Assembly (NCBI RefSeq): GCF_964204645.1
Contig: NC_134026.1
Span: 3,247,950 to 3,311,949 of the forward strand
Direction of reading: 5' to 3'
Length of the DNA: 64,000 nucleotides
Source: Tubulanus polymorphus
Taxonomy: Eukaryota; Animalia; Nemertea
The first letter of the stretch is position 1. Every line of letters begins with the position of its first letter. A program made the position numbers and the translations under genes. A model generated the notes under the pieces. The model was not told where the DNA came from and ran no database searches. It worked only from the letters and a program-made list of their open reading frames with translations. This document shows positions 63,134 to 64,000 of this stretch, in pieces.

Positions 63134-63824
63134 ATGGCGGCAGCACCGAATAGTAAGTTCGGATATAGTTAATTTTCTGTCGATATAAATCCACTGTGCA
63201 TCTTTTATTTTATAAGTAATCTGGTTTTGAATACAATGTGTATATATAGCTTTTCTGAAATATAACTTACGAATATACCTGCCTGATAAAGCTGTTAAAT
63301 AAAGCTTTAATTCGACAAGATTTGTCGTTTTAATTTTTTCAACGCTAGATGGCGGCAGCAGCTTGTAGTACATTACCTATGTATGTACACAAATGCACAT
63401 TAATCATTTCATATTGTACATTAACTTTTTTTAGGAATACAAATGATTCGTTATAAGCCCGTAGATGTATGGACGGTGAAAGAGAAATTATCTCTAGCAT
63501 GTTCAGTCCGCCGGAGTGGAGATCAAAATTGGTAAAAATGATATTGATTGTTTGTTGATATCCTGGCAAAATGGGTGACAAATAAAAAAACTTATCTTTT
63601 ATCGCCATGGTTTTTTTCTAAATCAAATTTATAGGGTGTCTGTAAGCAGAGCTATTAAACCTTTCGGTGAAAAGAGAAGACCACCGGACTGGTTTAACCA
63701 AAAAGTAGGTGCAGCCAAAATCTGCCTCAAGTGATCTGATTATTAGAAATGCAACACATTCTTGTTTGTTTCAGAATTGTGCTCTTCAATACGCAGACAT
63801 GTTGGATAAAGTTGAAACTCCCAA
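63134..63824 (+). CDS. BRD8: Bromodomain-containing protein 8 (NuA4/TIP60 subunit), N-terminal exons; continues beyond the window
   Basis: Exons 63134-63152, 63435-63531, 63635-63704, 63775-63824 give MAAAPNRIQMIRYKPVDVWTVKEKLSLACSVRRSGDQNWVSVSRAIKPFGEKRRPPDWFNQKNCALQYADMLDKVETP. This matches the BRD8 N-terminus (RSGDQNWVSVSRAIKPF..RPPDWF). Missed by the ORF track. Confidence 0.9.
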
Positions 63825-64000
63825 GTAAGTTTTGACCCTTTCTGCATGATATGTTCATATTGCATCCGTAACTCCGGCCTTCTAAGGCCTTGACCTCGGC
63901 CAGCAAAGATTGATATGAAAATCAAAATCGAAATCAATCGCAAAATTGCAATTTTTTGATGTTAAAATTTAGTTTGAGATGTTGTGATTTTCTCAGGAGG

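Overview
AT-rich, compact, intron-containing animal (invertebrate-like bilaterian) genomic DNA. Seven conserved genes can be rebuilt by hand from GT-AG splice sites: PRC1 (3' part, +), PNRC (-), RNF38/RNF44 (+), SLBP (-), CDC25 (+), a clarin (-) and the 5' start of BRD8 (+). Six of them form three head-to-head pairs: PNRC/RNF38-44, SLBP/CDC25 and clarin/BRD8. The main unexplained feature is an intronless 414-codon ORF (25609-26853) on the sense strand inside an RNF38/44 intron. It has an ATG-free leader, a strong upstream splice acceptor, a 3'UTR-like tail and a C-terminal domain I do not recognise. It may be a nested gene or the second cistron of an alternative last exon that removes the RING domain. 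Other observations: SUMO-interacting motifs in the RNF38/44 protein, CDE/CHR tandems inside a CDC25 intron, a TPNK-to-TPCK change in SLBP, and MITEs with 5-bp target duplications. All gene identities come from recalled protein motifs, not database searches.
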